From the NCBI RefSeq assembly GCF_018531465.1, contig NZ_JAHDTF010000005.1, forward strand, positions 262,574 through 286,573: a stretch of 24,000 nucleotides of DNA, given 5' to 3'. Below, in pieces: positions 1-8,394 of the stretch. The notes beneath the pieces are model-generated. The model did no database searches and was not told the origin of the DNA. It saw only the letters and a list, made by a program, of their open reading frames with translations. The translations under genes were made by a program, and so were the position numbers. Numbering within the stretch: the first letter of the stretch is position 1; every line of letters begins with the position of its first letter. This DNA is from Sphaerisporangium fuscum (GTDB lineage: Bacteria; Actinomycetota; Actinomycetes; Streptosporangiales; Streptosporangiaceae).

Positions 1-396
1 GACGACCTCGAGCACCTCCTCGGGCTGCGGCCCGGTGCGCTCGGCCACCTCGGCGGCGAGCAGGGCGGCGGCCGCCCTGCTGTGGGCGATCTCCTCCTGG
101 CGGCGCGCGGCGAGGGCGTCCACCGCGAAGTGCGGCGGCGTGGCGATGAGCCGGAGGGGGCGGCCCGCGAGGCGGGTGACCAGGCCGAGGTCTTCGAGCC
201 GGGGGAGCATCCGCCGGAGCCCGGCGGCCGAGGTGCCGGCTTCGGCGGCGAGTTCGGCGAGGGTGGCCGGTCCGTGACGCAGCAGCGCCCGGTAGGCCCC
301 TTCTTCGGCGGAGGTGACGCCGAGCCCGTCGAGCAGCCGGCGGTCGGCGAGATCGGCGGCGCTCCGCTGGGGCGCCTTGCCGGGCGAGTCGAGCAC
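1..396 (-). CDS. TrmB/LuxR-type winged-helix transcriptional regulator, N-terminal part (3' end runs off the left edge)
   Basis: Not in the ORF track because there is no stop in the window. The reverse strand from GTG 396..394 reads VLDSPGKAPQRSAADLADRRLLDGLGVTSAEEGAYRALLRHGPATLAELAAEAGTSAAGLRRMLPRLEDLGLVTRLAGRPLRLIATPP... GC3 is high. The pattern matches TrmB-like HTH N-termini. The gene is divergent from the protease gene. Confidence 0.6.
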   Translation of the reverse strand, partial: MLDSPGKAPQRSAADLADRRLLDGLGVTSAEEGAYRALLRHGPATLAELAAEAGTSAAGLRRMLPRLEDLGLVTRLAGRPLRLIATPPHFAVDALAARRQEEIAHSRAAAALLAAEVAERTGPQPEEVLEVV

Positions 397-540
397 GGAT
401 CACACATTACGGGCAAGGCATCTGACCGTATGGCGGGTTTGCGACAAGTCGTTATCTAGCCGCCGGGAAAGCATGGACAGCGTCTTTGGACCCCGTTAGG
501 AATTCGGTTGATCTAGTTCTCGGATTCCGGAGGTCCGTTG

Positions 541-3500
541 ATGCGTCGATGGGTGGCGGCGGTCGTCGCCGTGGCGGCGGGGTGCGGCATCGGGCCCGCC
601 GCGTCGGCGGCGGCGGAGGTCCAGAATTCCGCCGTAAACGGTTCCAATACGCCCGCCGCGCCCGAACCGTTCGGAGCCGCGAGCACAGGACCTGCCGACG
701 TCACCCTGCTGACCGGCGACCGCGTCCACGTGACGGACCTCGGAGACGGCCACCAGGCGGCCACGGTCACCCCCGCGCCCCGCGCGGACGGATCGGTGCC
801 GAGCTTCCAGGTGCTGGAGACCACGGCCGGGCTCACCGTCGTCCCCGACGACGTCGCCGGCCTCGTCCCCCGCCGCCTGGACCCGGCGCTGTTCAACGTG
901 ACCACCCTGATCAAGGAGGGCGACGCCGACGCGGCCAGCGGCAGCGTGCCGCTGATCCTCACCTACACCGGCCCGGCGACCCTGGCGGCGGCCCCCGCCG
1001 TCCCGGCCACGCAGGTCACGCGCCGCCTGGAGAGCATCGGCGGCGCCGGGGCGTCGGCCGACAAGAAGCAGGCCGCGCGGCTCGGCGCGGCCCTGGCCGA
1101 GCTGGCGCGCGGCGGGAACAGGGCGGCCGCCGGCCCGCTCGCCGGGGTGGACAAGATCTGGCTGGACCGCAAGGTGACGGCCGTCCTGGACCACAGCGTC
1201 CCGCAGATCTCCGCCCCCGCCGCGTGGGCCGCGGGGTACGACGGCTCGGGCACGACGGTCGCCGTCCTGGACAGCGGGATCGACGCCGCCCACCCCGACC
1301 TCGCCGGAAAGGTCGTGGACGCCCGCGACTTCACCGGCGAGAACGACGTGCGCGACCACCACGGCCACGGGACGCACGTCGCCGACACCATCGCGGGCAG
1401 CGGCGCGGCCTCCGGAGGACGGCTGAAGGGCGTCGCGCCCGGCGCCAAGCTGCTCAACGGCCGGGTCCTCGACGCGGACGGATCGGGCAGCCTGTCCGGG
1501 ATCATCGACGGCATGGAATGGGCGGTCGCCGACAAGCACGCCGACATCGTCAACATGAGCCTCGGCGGCCCCGAGCCCGGCGGCCCGCTCACCGAGGCGG
1601 TGGACGAGCTGACGCGGCGGTACGGCGCCCTGTTCGTCGTCGCGGCCGGCAACCGCGGCTGCGACGCGTGCGTGGGGAGCCCGGGCGACGCCGCCTCGGC
1701 GCTGACCGTGGGCGCGGTGGACGGCTCGGACCGGCTCGCCGACTTCTCCAGCCGGGGTCCCGCCGCCGACTTCTCCGTCAAGCCCGACGTGACCGCGCCC
1801 GGCGTCGGCATCGTGGCCGCGCGGGCGAGCGGCACCTCCCTCGGCGAGCCGGTCGACGCGTCCTACACCAAGCTGTCGGGCACCTCCATGGCGACCCCGC
1901 ACGTCGCCGGGGCCGCCGCGCTGCTGCGGCAGGCGCGGCCGGGCATCCGGGCCGGCGAGCTGAAGGCCGTGCTGATGGGCTCGGCCGAGCGCCAGGACGA
2001 CACCACCGTCGACCAGCAGGGCGCCGGACGCGTGGACGTCGCCGCCGCCCTCGCCGACCCGGTGGCGGCCTCCGCCGGATCCCTGGACTTCGGCCGGGTC
2101 ACCTCCTCCCCCGGTGACCCGGCCGTCCGCAAGCTGACCTACCGCAACCTCGGCGGCTCTCCGGTCCAACTCGCCCTGAGGAGCGGCGACACGTTCGCCG
2201 TGTCGCCCGCCACCCTCACGGTGCCGGCCGGGGGCACGGCCGAGGCGACCGTCGCCCTCGACGCGGCGAAGGCCCCGGAAGGCGTGCTGCGCGAGGAACT
2301 GGTCGCGACGACGCCGCAGGGCGTGAACGTCCGCACCCTGCTGACCGGCGACGTGGAGGAGCCGCGCGTCCGGCTGCGGGTGCGGGGCATCGCCAGGGAC
2401 GGCCGCGCGGCCCGGGGCGGGTTCACCGTGCTCGACCTGGACAGGGGCACGCTCGTCGGCCGGGTGCTGCCCGGGGACGCCGACCAGCCGTGCTCGGAGG
2501 AGAAGTACGGCACGGGGACCTGCCTGCTCGTACCGCCCGGCACCTACTCGGTCCTCGGCCACATCTTCACCATGCCCGCCTGGCAGGACTCCACGGCGGC
2601 CGGGACGCCGCTCAACGAGAGCCTCACCGGTGACCCGGAGATCCGGATCACCAAGGACACCGAGGTCGTGCTGGACGCCCGTAAGGCCGTCGAAGTGAAG
2701 ATCCAGACCCCGGACCACCGCACCAAGCGCAACCTCGGGGCCGCGGCGAGCCTCATGTGGTACCGCGCCCCGGCGCAGGGTGACGCGGTGCTGCGGGGCG
2801 GCACGTACATCGGCCCGGGGTCGCAGATCGAGGAGCGGCTGTTCGTGCAGCCGACCAGGCGCGTCACCAAGGGCACGTTCGCGGTGTCCAGCCGCTGGCT
2901 GCTCGACGCGCCGGCCGTCACGATGAACGCCCTCGGCACCGAGCTGAACCCCGAGTACTACGACCCGAAGTGGTTCAGCGACTACTCGACCGACTTCCCG
3001 CGCCTGGACGGGGTGAAGCTCCTGCTCGCCGCCGACGCCGGGCTCGGCAGGCCCGAGGACCTCAAGGGGAGGAACCTGCGCGGCAGGCTCGCCCTGATCC
3101 GGCGCAGCGACGACATCCCCGTCGCCACCCAGTCCGGCAACGCCGCCGCCGCGGGGGCCGCGATGGTGGCGATCTACAACGACCGCCGCGGCGTCGACCC
3201 CTCGCCGGGCGGACCGGCCGCCAAGCTCACCGTCCCGACGGTACGGCTGTCCGGTGAGGAGGGCGAGAAGCTGCTGGGGATGGTGCGGCGCGTCCCGGTG
3301 CCCGTCCTGACCACGGGCACCGTGGCGAGCCCCTACCAGTACGACCTGCTGCTGCGCGAGCGGGGACGGGTGCCGGACGAGCTGTCGTACGTGGCGCGGA
3401 CCCGCTCGCTGGTCAAGGAGGAGACCGACTTCCGCGGCCAGATCGCGGGCGAGGCCACGGTGGACGAGGCCCGCTACGCCTTCGAGCCGTGGGACACCTA

Positions 3501-4386
3501 CTCGATCACGACGAACCGGCCGGTCGCACGGACCCCGCGCACCCAGGTGACCTACGTCATGCCGGACCCGGAGGTGCGGTGGAACAACGGCGTGACCACG
3601 CCCGAGGCGCCGTACAACTACGCCTGGCCGCGTCCGGAGACGCCGCACCTGCAGTTCCTGGACCCGGAGTTCCACACCTACACGGCCGCCGGCACGGCGC
3701 ACCGCTCCTGGCTGCGGCAGCCCATGGTGCCCGGCGTCAACCCGCGAAACCCGCTGCGCCGGGAGGGTGACGTGCTGCGGGTCTCGATGCAGGGCTTCGT
3801 GGACCCGGCCCGCAACTTCGCCTCGGCGTACTCCAACTCCTACGACCAGGGGCTGCGCACCGACTTCAAGCTGTACCAGGGCGACAGGCTGCTCACCGAG
3901 ACCAAGTACCTGCCGAGCGGCAGCGTCCTGCTCCCGGCCGAGGAAGCGGGATACCGCATCGAGTTCGACGTCGAGAACAAGGCGGCGTGGGCCAGGCTCT
4001 CCACCAGGACGAGCGCGGTGTGGACGTTCTCCTCGCGGCGCACCGCGGAGGGCGGGAAGACGGTGATCCCGCTGCTGCTCGCCGACTACGACGTGGCGCT
4101 GGACGCCGGGAACACGGGCGACCCGTCGTCCATCGGCCTGAAGCTGTACCACCAGCAGGGCGCGGAGGAGAGCAGGGTGAAGGACGTCTCGCTGGAGGTG
4201 TCGTACGACGACGGCGCCACCTGGCGGCCGGTGCGGCGGCTGACCTCCACCGGCACGAACGCCTACAAGGCCTCCCTCGACCGGCCCTCCGCGCGGAACG
4301 GCTTCGTCTCGCTCCGCCTGCACGCGGCCGACGAGCGCGGCGCCACGCTCCAGCAGGAGGTGATCCGCGCCTACGCCACGAGGTGA
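541..4386 (+). CDS. Secreted S8 (subtilisin-like) serine peptidase with PA domain, about 1281 aa
   Basis: Catalytic triad motifs are VAVLDSGID (Asp), HGHGTHVADTIAG (His) and SGTSMATPHVAGAAALL (Ser). The signal peptide is MRRWVAAVVAVAAGCGIGPAASAAA. A PA-like insert reads GRLALIRRSDDIPVATQSGNAAAAGAAMVAIYND. GGAGG at 529..533 lies 7 nt before ATG 541; the track starts at TTG 538. Confidence 0.92.
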   Translation: MRRWVAAVVAVAAGCGIGPAASAAAEVQNSAVNGSNTPAAPEPFGAASTGPADVTLLTGDRVHVTDLGDGHQAATVTPAPRADGSVPSFQVLETTAGLTVVPDDVAGLVPRRLDPALFNVTTLIKEGDADAASGSVPLILTYTGPATLAAAPAVPATQVTRRLESIGGAGASADKKQAARLGAALAELARGGNRAAAGPLAGVDKIWLDRKVTAVLDHSVPQISAPAAWAAGYDGSGTTVAVLDSGIDAAHPDLAGKVVDARDFTGENDVRDHHGHGTHVADTIAGSGAASGGRLKGVAPGAKLLNGRVLDADGSGSLSGIIDGMEWAVADKHADIVNMSLGGPEPGGPLTEAVDELTRRYGALFVVAAGNRGCDACVGSPGDAASALTVGAVDGSDRLADFSSRGPAADFSVKPDVTAPGVGIVAARASGTSLGEPVDASYTKLSGTSMATPHVAGAAALLRQARPGIRAGELKAVLMGSAERQDDTTVDQQGAGRVDVAAALADPVAASAGSLDFGRVTSSPGDPAVRKLTYRNLGGSPVQLALRSGDTFAVSPATLTVPAGGTAEATVALDAAKAPEGVLREELVATTPQGVNVRTLLTGDVEEPRVRLRVRGIARDGRAARGGFTVLDLDRGTLVGRVLPGDADQPCSEEKYGTGTCLLVPPGTYSVLGHIFTMPAWQDSTAAGTPLNESLTGDPEIRITKDTEVVLDARKAVEVKIQTPDHRTKRNLGAAASLMWYRAPAQGDAVLRGGTYIGPGSQIEERLFVQPTRRVTKGTFAVSSRWLLDAPAVTMNALGTELNPEYYDPKWFSDYSTDFPRLDGVKLLLAADAGLGRPEDLKGRNLRGRLALIRRSDDIPVATQSGNAAAAGAAMVAIYNDRRGVDPSPGGPAAKLTVPTVRLSGEEGEKLLGMVRRVPVPVLTTGTVASPYQYDLLLRERGRVPDELSYVARTRSLVKEETDFRGQIAGEATVDEARYAFEPWDTYSITTNRPVARTPRTQVTYVMPDPEVRWNNGVTTPEAPYNYAWPRPETPHLQFLDPEFHTYTAAGTAHRSWLRQPMVPGVNPRNPLRREGDVLRVSMQGFVDPARNFASAYSNSYDQGLRTDFKLYQGDRLLTETKYLPSGSVLLPAEEAGYRIEFDVENKAAWARLSTRTSAVWTFSSRRTAEGGKTVIPLLLADYDVALDAGNTGDPSSIGLKLYHQQGAEESRVKDVSLEVSYDDGATWRPVRRLTSTGTNAYKASLDRPSARNGFVSLRLHAADERGATLQQEVIRAYATR

Positions 4387-4396
4387 GACCGCCCGG

Positions 4397-4433
4397 GTGA
4401 CGGCCGTCGCCGCCTGATCGCGGCGGCCGTCAC
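4397..4433. terminator. GC-rich hairpin between convergent genes (putative bidirectional terminator)
   Basis: GTGACGGCCG(t)CGCCGC - ctgat(c) - GCGGCG GCCGTCAC. It lies between the protease stop (4384..4386) and overlaps the oxidoreductase stop (4430..4432). There is no clear U-tract. Confidence 0.45.
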
Positions 4434-5860
4434 AGGCCGTATTCCTCCAGGAGGCGGAGCCACACCTCGCTCACGGTCGGGAACGCCGGGACCGCGTGCC
4501 ACAGCCGGTCGAGGGGGACCTCTCCGGTCACCGCGACGGTGGCCGCGTGGAGGTGGTCGACGACCCCGGGCCCGGCGAAGGTGGCGCCGAGGAGGACGCG
4601 GCGGTCCTCGTCGACGACGAGTTCGGCCCTGCCGGTGTAGTCCTCGCCCTGGAGGTAGGCACCGGCGACCGCGCCGATGTCGTACTCCACGGCGCGCACC
4701 CGGAAGCCGCCGGAACGCGCCTGGGCCTCGGTCCGGCCGACCGCCCAGACCTGCGGATCGGTGAAGATGACCTGGGGGGCGCCCTGGTGGTCGGCGGTGT
4801 CGCGCATCGACGGCCGGTCGTCGGGCAATCCCCGCGCGCGGGCGGCGATCACGTCGCCGCACACCCGGGCCTGGTATTTGCCCATGTGGGTGAGCAGGTT
4901 GAGCCCGTTGACGTCGCCGACGGCGTAGAGCCACCCGTCCGGGACACCGGTGGCCCGCATGCTCGCGTCCACCTCGATCGGGCCGTGGGTGTCCAGGCCG
5001 GCCGTCTCCAGGCCGATGTCGCCCACCGCCGGGCGGCGGCCGGTGCCGACCATGATCTCGTCCGCCTCGATCTCGGCGCCGTCGTCGGTGCGGACGGTGA
5101 CCGGGCCGTCCGGTAGCGGGCGCTCGACGGCGACGGGCGAGCGGCCGAAACGCAGGTCGATGCCCGACTCGCGGAACGACCTGGCCAGCAGCTCGCCGGC
5201 GAACGGCTCGAACCGGGCGAGCAGGCGGTCGCCGCGCACGAGCACGGTCGTCTCCAGGGCGCCGAGGGCGTGTAGCGCCTGGGCCATCTCGCACGCGACG
5301 GCCCCGCCGCCGATCACCACCAGCCGCTTCGGCACCTGCTGGACGCCGGTCGCCTCGCGGTTCGTCCACGGGGACGCCTCCCGCAGCCCGGGGACGCCGG
5401 GGATCAAGGGGTCGCTGCCGGTCGCCACGACGACGGCGTGCCTGGCGCGCAGCGCCCGCGTGCCGCCGTCCGGCGTCGCCACGTCCACCCGCAGAGGGCC
5501 GGCCAGGCGTCCCCGGCCGCGGACGAACGTCGCCGGGAGGTTCTCGATCCAGCGCACCTGGCCGTCGTCGTCGAGGTGGGACACCGCCTCGTCGCGGCGG
5601 GCCAGCACCTTGGCGGCGTCGATCGGTCCGCGCAGCTCCAGTCCCGGCACCCGGCGCACCTCGCCCGCCAGGCCCACCGGCCGCAGCAGCGCCTTGCTGG
5701 GGATGCACGCGTAGTAGGCGCACTCACCGCCCGCCAGGCGCTCCTCCACGACGGCGGCCGTGAGGCCGCCCCGTACGGCGCGACCGGCGGCGGTCTCCCC
5801 GACCGGCCCCGCACCGATCACGATCACGTCGAACACGTCGTCGTCCATGGGCACCTGCAC
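4430..5860 (-). CDS. Class I pyridine nucleotide-disulfide oxidoreductase (dihydrolipoyl dehydrogenase / mycothione-reductase-like flavoprotein)
   Basis: FAD fold DVIVIGAGPVGETAA, redox-active GGECAYYACIPSK (CxxxxC), and NAD fold LVVIGGGAVACEMA. The C-terminal dimerisation motif reads AFPTVSE, with Phe where the canonical HPTxSE has His. Confidence 0.85.
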   Translation of the reverse strand: MQVPMDDDVFDVIVIGAGPVGETAAGRAVRGGLTAAVVEERLAGGECAYYACIPSKALLRPVGLAGEVRRVPGLELRGPIDAAKVLARRDEAVSHLDDDGQVRWIENLPATFVRGRGRLAGPLRVDVATPDGGTRALRARHAVVVATGSDPLIPGVPGLREASPWTNREATGVQQVPKRLVVIGGGAVACEMAQALHALGALETTVLVRGDRLLARFEPFAGELLARSFRESGIDLRFGRSPVAVERPLPDGPVTVRTDDGAEIEADEIMVGTGRRPAVGDIGLETAGLDTHGPIEVDASMRATGVPDGWLYAVGDVNGLNLLTHMGKYQARVCGDVIAARARGLPDDRPSMRDTADHQGAPQVIFTDPQVWAVGRTEAQARSGGFRVRAVEYDIGAVAGAYLQGEDYTGRAELVVDEDRRVLLGATFAGPGVVDHLHAATVAVTGEVPLDRLWHAVPAFPTVSEVWLRLLEEYGL

Positions 5861-5917
5861 CCCCGTTTTCGCAGGTCATGTCACTGACGCAGTCCTTCCC
5901 CGGTTCGGGCGGCGTGG

Positions 5918-6166
5918 TCACCTTCCGCGCCTCCACACCTTGGCGTGGGCGCGGAAGAGCGCCGGCATCAGCAGGTACACCACGGTGGGGACGACGATGC
6001 CCGTCAGGATCAGCGTCCGCAGGGGGAGCGGCAGCGGGGCGATCGACGAGCCGAGCAGCAGCTGAACCGACATGATCATCGCGTAGACGGCCACCCAGGT
6101 CAGGAACGCCCGGTGGTGGACGGACGGAGCGGGGGCGGACTGGGGGCGGGCGGGGGTGCTGGGCAT
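5918..6166 (-). CDS. Small (82 aa) two-TM membrane protein, probably co-transcribed with the oxidoreductase
   Basis: Internal ATG at 6166..6164 of track ORF 5918..6409: MPSTPARPQSAPAPSVHHRAFLTWVAVYAMIMSVQLLLGSSIAPLPLPLRTLILTGIVVPTVVYLLMPALFRAHAKVWRRGR. It has two hydrophobic helices and an AAGGGA-type SD upstream. The longer N-terminal extension overlaps the TetR operator region and looks non-coding. Confidence 0.6.
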   Translation of the reverse strand: MPSTPARPQSAPAPSVHHRAFLTWVAVYAMIMSVQLLLGSSIAPLPLPLRTLILTGIVVPTVVYLLMPALFRAHAKVWRRGR

Positions 6167-6198
6167 GACGGTCCCTTCGTTCGGAGCGATACGGAATC

Positions 6199-6258
6199 TC
6201 CAACTCACTGGTTGGAGTTTGGCACAGATGCCACCCAAACTCCAACCATTTAGTTGGA
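6199..6258. promoter_or_regulatory. Two copies of the palindromic operator TCCAAC-N6-GTTGGA in the divergent TetR promoter region
   Basis: TCCAAC tcactg GTTGGA at 6199..6216 and TCCAAC cattta GTTGGA at 6241..6258. Both are flanked by CAAAC/GTTTG-like extensions (ccaaaCTCCAACCa...). A third small inverted repeat (IR), TGGCAcagaTGCCA, lies between them. Confidence 0.6.
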
Positions 6259-6278
6259 ATCTGCCGTATGCTGAGGTC

Positions 6279-6866
6279 ATGGCATGGGACACAGCGCGCA
6301 CGAAGCAACTTCTCCTCGACGCGGCGGTCGACGAGTTCGCCGAACACGGGTTGCAGGGCGCGCGCGTCGACCGTGTGGCCGCCAAGGCCGGGGTGAACAA
6401 GGAGCGCATCTACCAGTACTTCGGCAACAAGCAGCAGTTGTTCGGCGCCGTGCTCCACCAGGAGCTCGAACGGCTCGCGGCCGCCGTCCCGCTGGACGCC
6501 GGCCAGGCCGCCGACCTCGGCGAATACGCCGGTCGGGTCTTCGACTACCACCGCACCCACCCTCAGTTGGTACGCCTGCTGCACTGGGAGGGCCTCCAGA
6601 GCCGGGAAGACGACGAAGTCCCCGCCGAGGCGGCCCGCAGCGCCCATTACGCCGAGAAGGTCGCCGCGCTCGCCGCGGCCCAGCAGGCCGGCACCCTCAC
6701 CGGCGCGATCCCGCCCGCCGACCTGGTGTACGCCGTGATCGCCCTGGCCGGCTGGTGGTTCTCCACCCCCCAGCTCGCCCGCATGATCAGGAGGGACGTC
6801 CCCGGTGACGGCCCCGCCGCCCGCCGCGAAGCCCTGGTCCGCCTCGTCCGCGCCCTGATCGCCTGA
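6279..6866 (+). CDS. TetR/AcrR family transcriptional regulator
   Basis: MAWDTARTKQLLLDAAVDEFAEHGLQGARVDRVAAKAGVNKERIYQYFGNKQQLF is a canonical TetR N-terminal HTH. ATG 6279 was chosen because the track start (6156) lies in operator DNA. Confidence 0.9.
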   Translation: MAWDTARTKQLLLDAAVDEFAEHGLQGARVDRVAAKAGVNKERIYQYFGNKQQLFGAVLHQELERLAAAVPLDAGQAADLGEYAGRVFDYHRTHPQLVRLLHWEGLQSREDDEVPAEAARSAHYAEKVAALAAAQQAGTLTGAIPPADLVYAVIALAGWWFSTPQLARMIRRDVPGDGPAARREALVRLVRALIA

Positions 6867-6948
6867 CGCTTCGGCCAAGGTCATCTCCCTGACCAGCCGG
6901 AGGAATTGCCCAGGTAGGCTGATTCCACTCAATGTGGAAGGTCTCGTG

Positions 6949-8394
6949 ATGACACGAGCACGACCAGCCGGGAGCCCACCGGACTCCATCCACCAGCTCA
7001 CCGGCGATCACGAGGAGAACAGCAAGAAGGATCTCCCGCGCAAGGCGTACGCCTCGCCTGGTCCGTCCGAGGACTCGGGCGACCACACCCGGGCGTACGA
7101 GCGCGGCGGCCCCTTCTGGGATCGGCGGCACGCCGAATTCCTGATCGAGGCGGGCCGACGGTTGTCGGCCTCGCTCAACACACGCCGCTGCGCACGGGCG
7201 ACGGCCGAACTCGCGACCTCACTGCTCGCCGACTTCGCCATGGTGGTGCTGCCCCATGGCCCCCGTCCGGCGTTCTGGCTACGCGCCTGGGCCGGCCGCG
7301 TCGAGGAGGGCACGATCCCGGCGGCGGCGACCGCCGAGGTCTCCGGCCTCGCCGACGCCCTGGCCGGGTTCCCAACCGCGCCCAGTAGCCGGCTCGACCC
7401 CGGGCGGATCCCCTGTTGGGTCCTGCCGGACGGGTTCGGGGAGGTGGGGCATGTGCTCGTGACGCCGCTGCCCGGTAACGAGGGCCCGGCGGGCGCCCTC
7501 CTGCTCGTCCGTGGCCAGGGCGCCCCGCCGTTCGACGAGGAGACCGAGATCCTGGTCCGGGTCTTCGCGGCCCGGGCAGGGGCGGCCGTCGCCGCCGCCG
7601 TGCTGTACCAGGAGCAGAGCGCCGTCAACCGCGTCCTCACGGAGGGGTTGCTGCCACCCCGGCTCCCCGAGATCGACCAGGTCGAGCTGGCGGGATCGCT
7701 GCACGCCTCCCAGCACGCAGGACTGATCGGCGGCGACTTCTACGACGTGTACCTGCCCGGAGGGGGCGGCACGGACACCGCCGGGCACGCGCCGTTGGTG
7801 ATCCTGGGCGACGTGTGCGGCAAGGGAGCGCGGGCCGCCGTGCTCGCCGGGCAGATCCGTCACTCCATGCGGACGCTGCTCCTCCTCGAAGACGACCCGG
7901 AGCGGCTCGTCGAGCTGCTCAACCGCTCCCTGCTGGCCTCGCCCGCGCCCGATTCGTACGCCACGCTGGTGCTGGCCGCTGTGCGCCCCGACCCCGGCGA
8001 CGGGCACGTCGAGGTGGACCTGAGCGTGGCCGGGCATCCCGAGCCGTTGATCCTCCGCGCCGACGGCCGCGTGGAGGTGGTGACCGCCCGGGGCACCATG
8101 CTCGGGGCGCTGCCGCGGATCGACCTCACCTCCGTCACCGTCCGCCTGGCCCCCGGCGAGCTCTGCCTGCTGTACAGCGACGGCATCACCGAGGCACTGG
8201 GCGGCCCCACCCGGGAGGAGCGGTACGAGCTGGAGCGGCTGCGATCCGCCCTGGCCACCTGCGCCGGGATGCCGGCCGCCGCCGTCGTGCAGCGGCTCGA
8301 ACAGATCACCACCGAGTGGATCGCCCGCGGTGACCAGGACGACCGCGCGCTGCTGGCCATCCAGGCCAGGCCGCGTGGCGGAAGGGCGACATGA
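6949..8394 (+). CDS. SpoIIE/PP2C-family (RsbU-like) serine phosphatase with N-terminal GAF-like sensor region
   Basis: PP2C motifs are GGDFYDVYL, VILGDVCGKGARAAVLAGQIR, LLYSDGITEA and DDRALLAIQ. GGAAGG at 6936..6941 lies 7 nt before ATG 6949. GTG 6934 or 6946 are alternative starts. Confidence 0.85.
   Translation: MTRARPAGSPPDSIHQLTGDHEENSKKDLPRKAYASPGPSEDSGDHTRAYERGGPFWDRRHAEFLIEAGRRLSASLNTRRCARATAELATSLLADFAMVVLPHGPRPAFWLRAWAGRVEEGTIPAAATAEVSGLADALAGFPTAPSSRLDPGRIPCWVLPDGFGEVGHVLVTPLPGNEGPAGALLLVRGQGAPPFDEETEILVRVFAARAGAAVAAAVLYQEQSAVNRVLTEGLLPPRLPEIDQVELAGSLHASQHAGLIGGDFYDVYLPGGGGTDTAGHAPLVILGDVCGKGARAAVLAGQIRHSMRTLLLLEDDPERLVELLNRSLLASPAPDSYATLVLAAVRPDPGDGHVEVDLSVAGHPEPLILRADGRVEVVTARGTMLGALPRIDLTSVTVRLAPGELCLLYSDGITEALGGPTREERYELERLRSALATCAGMPAAAVVQRLEQITTEWIARGDQDDRALLAIQARPRGGRAT

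Noticed and set aside
496-4323. 1275-aa minus-strand ORF and the 543-aa + ORF (486..2117) overlapping the S8 protease gene
   Set aside because: These are Arg/Gly/Pro/Ala-rich shadow ORFs, typical of the antisense and off frames of very GC-rich genes. They have no recognisable motifs. The S8 frame carries the catalytic triad and the GC3 bias.
4371-7001. Long minus-strand ORFs 4371..5723 (450 aa) and 5724..7001 (425 aa), and + ORFs 4950..5714 and 5438..5887
   Set aside because: These are low-complexity R/G/P-rich translations that overlap the well-supported oxidoreductase, TetR and phosphatase frames. They are off-frame artefacts.
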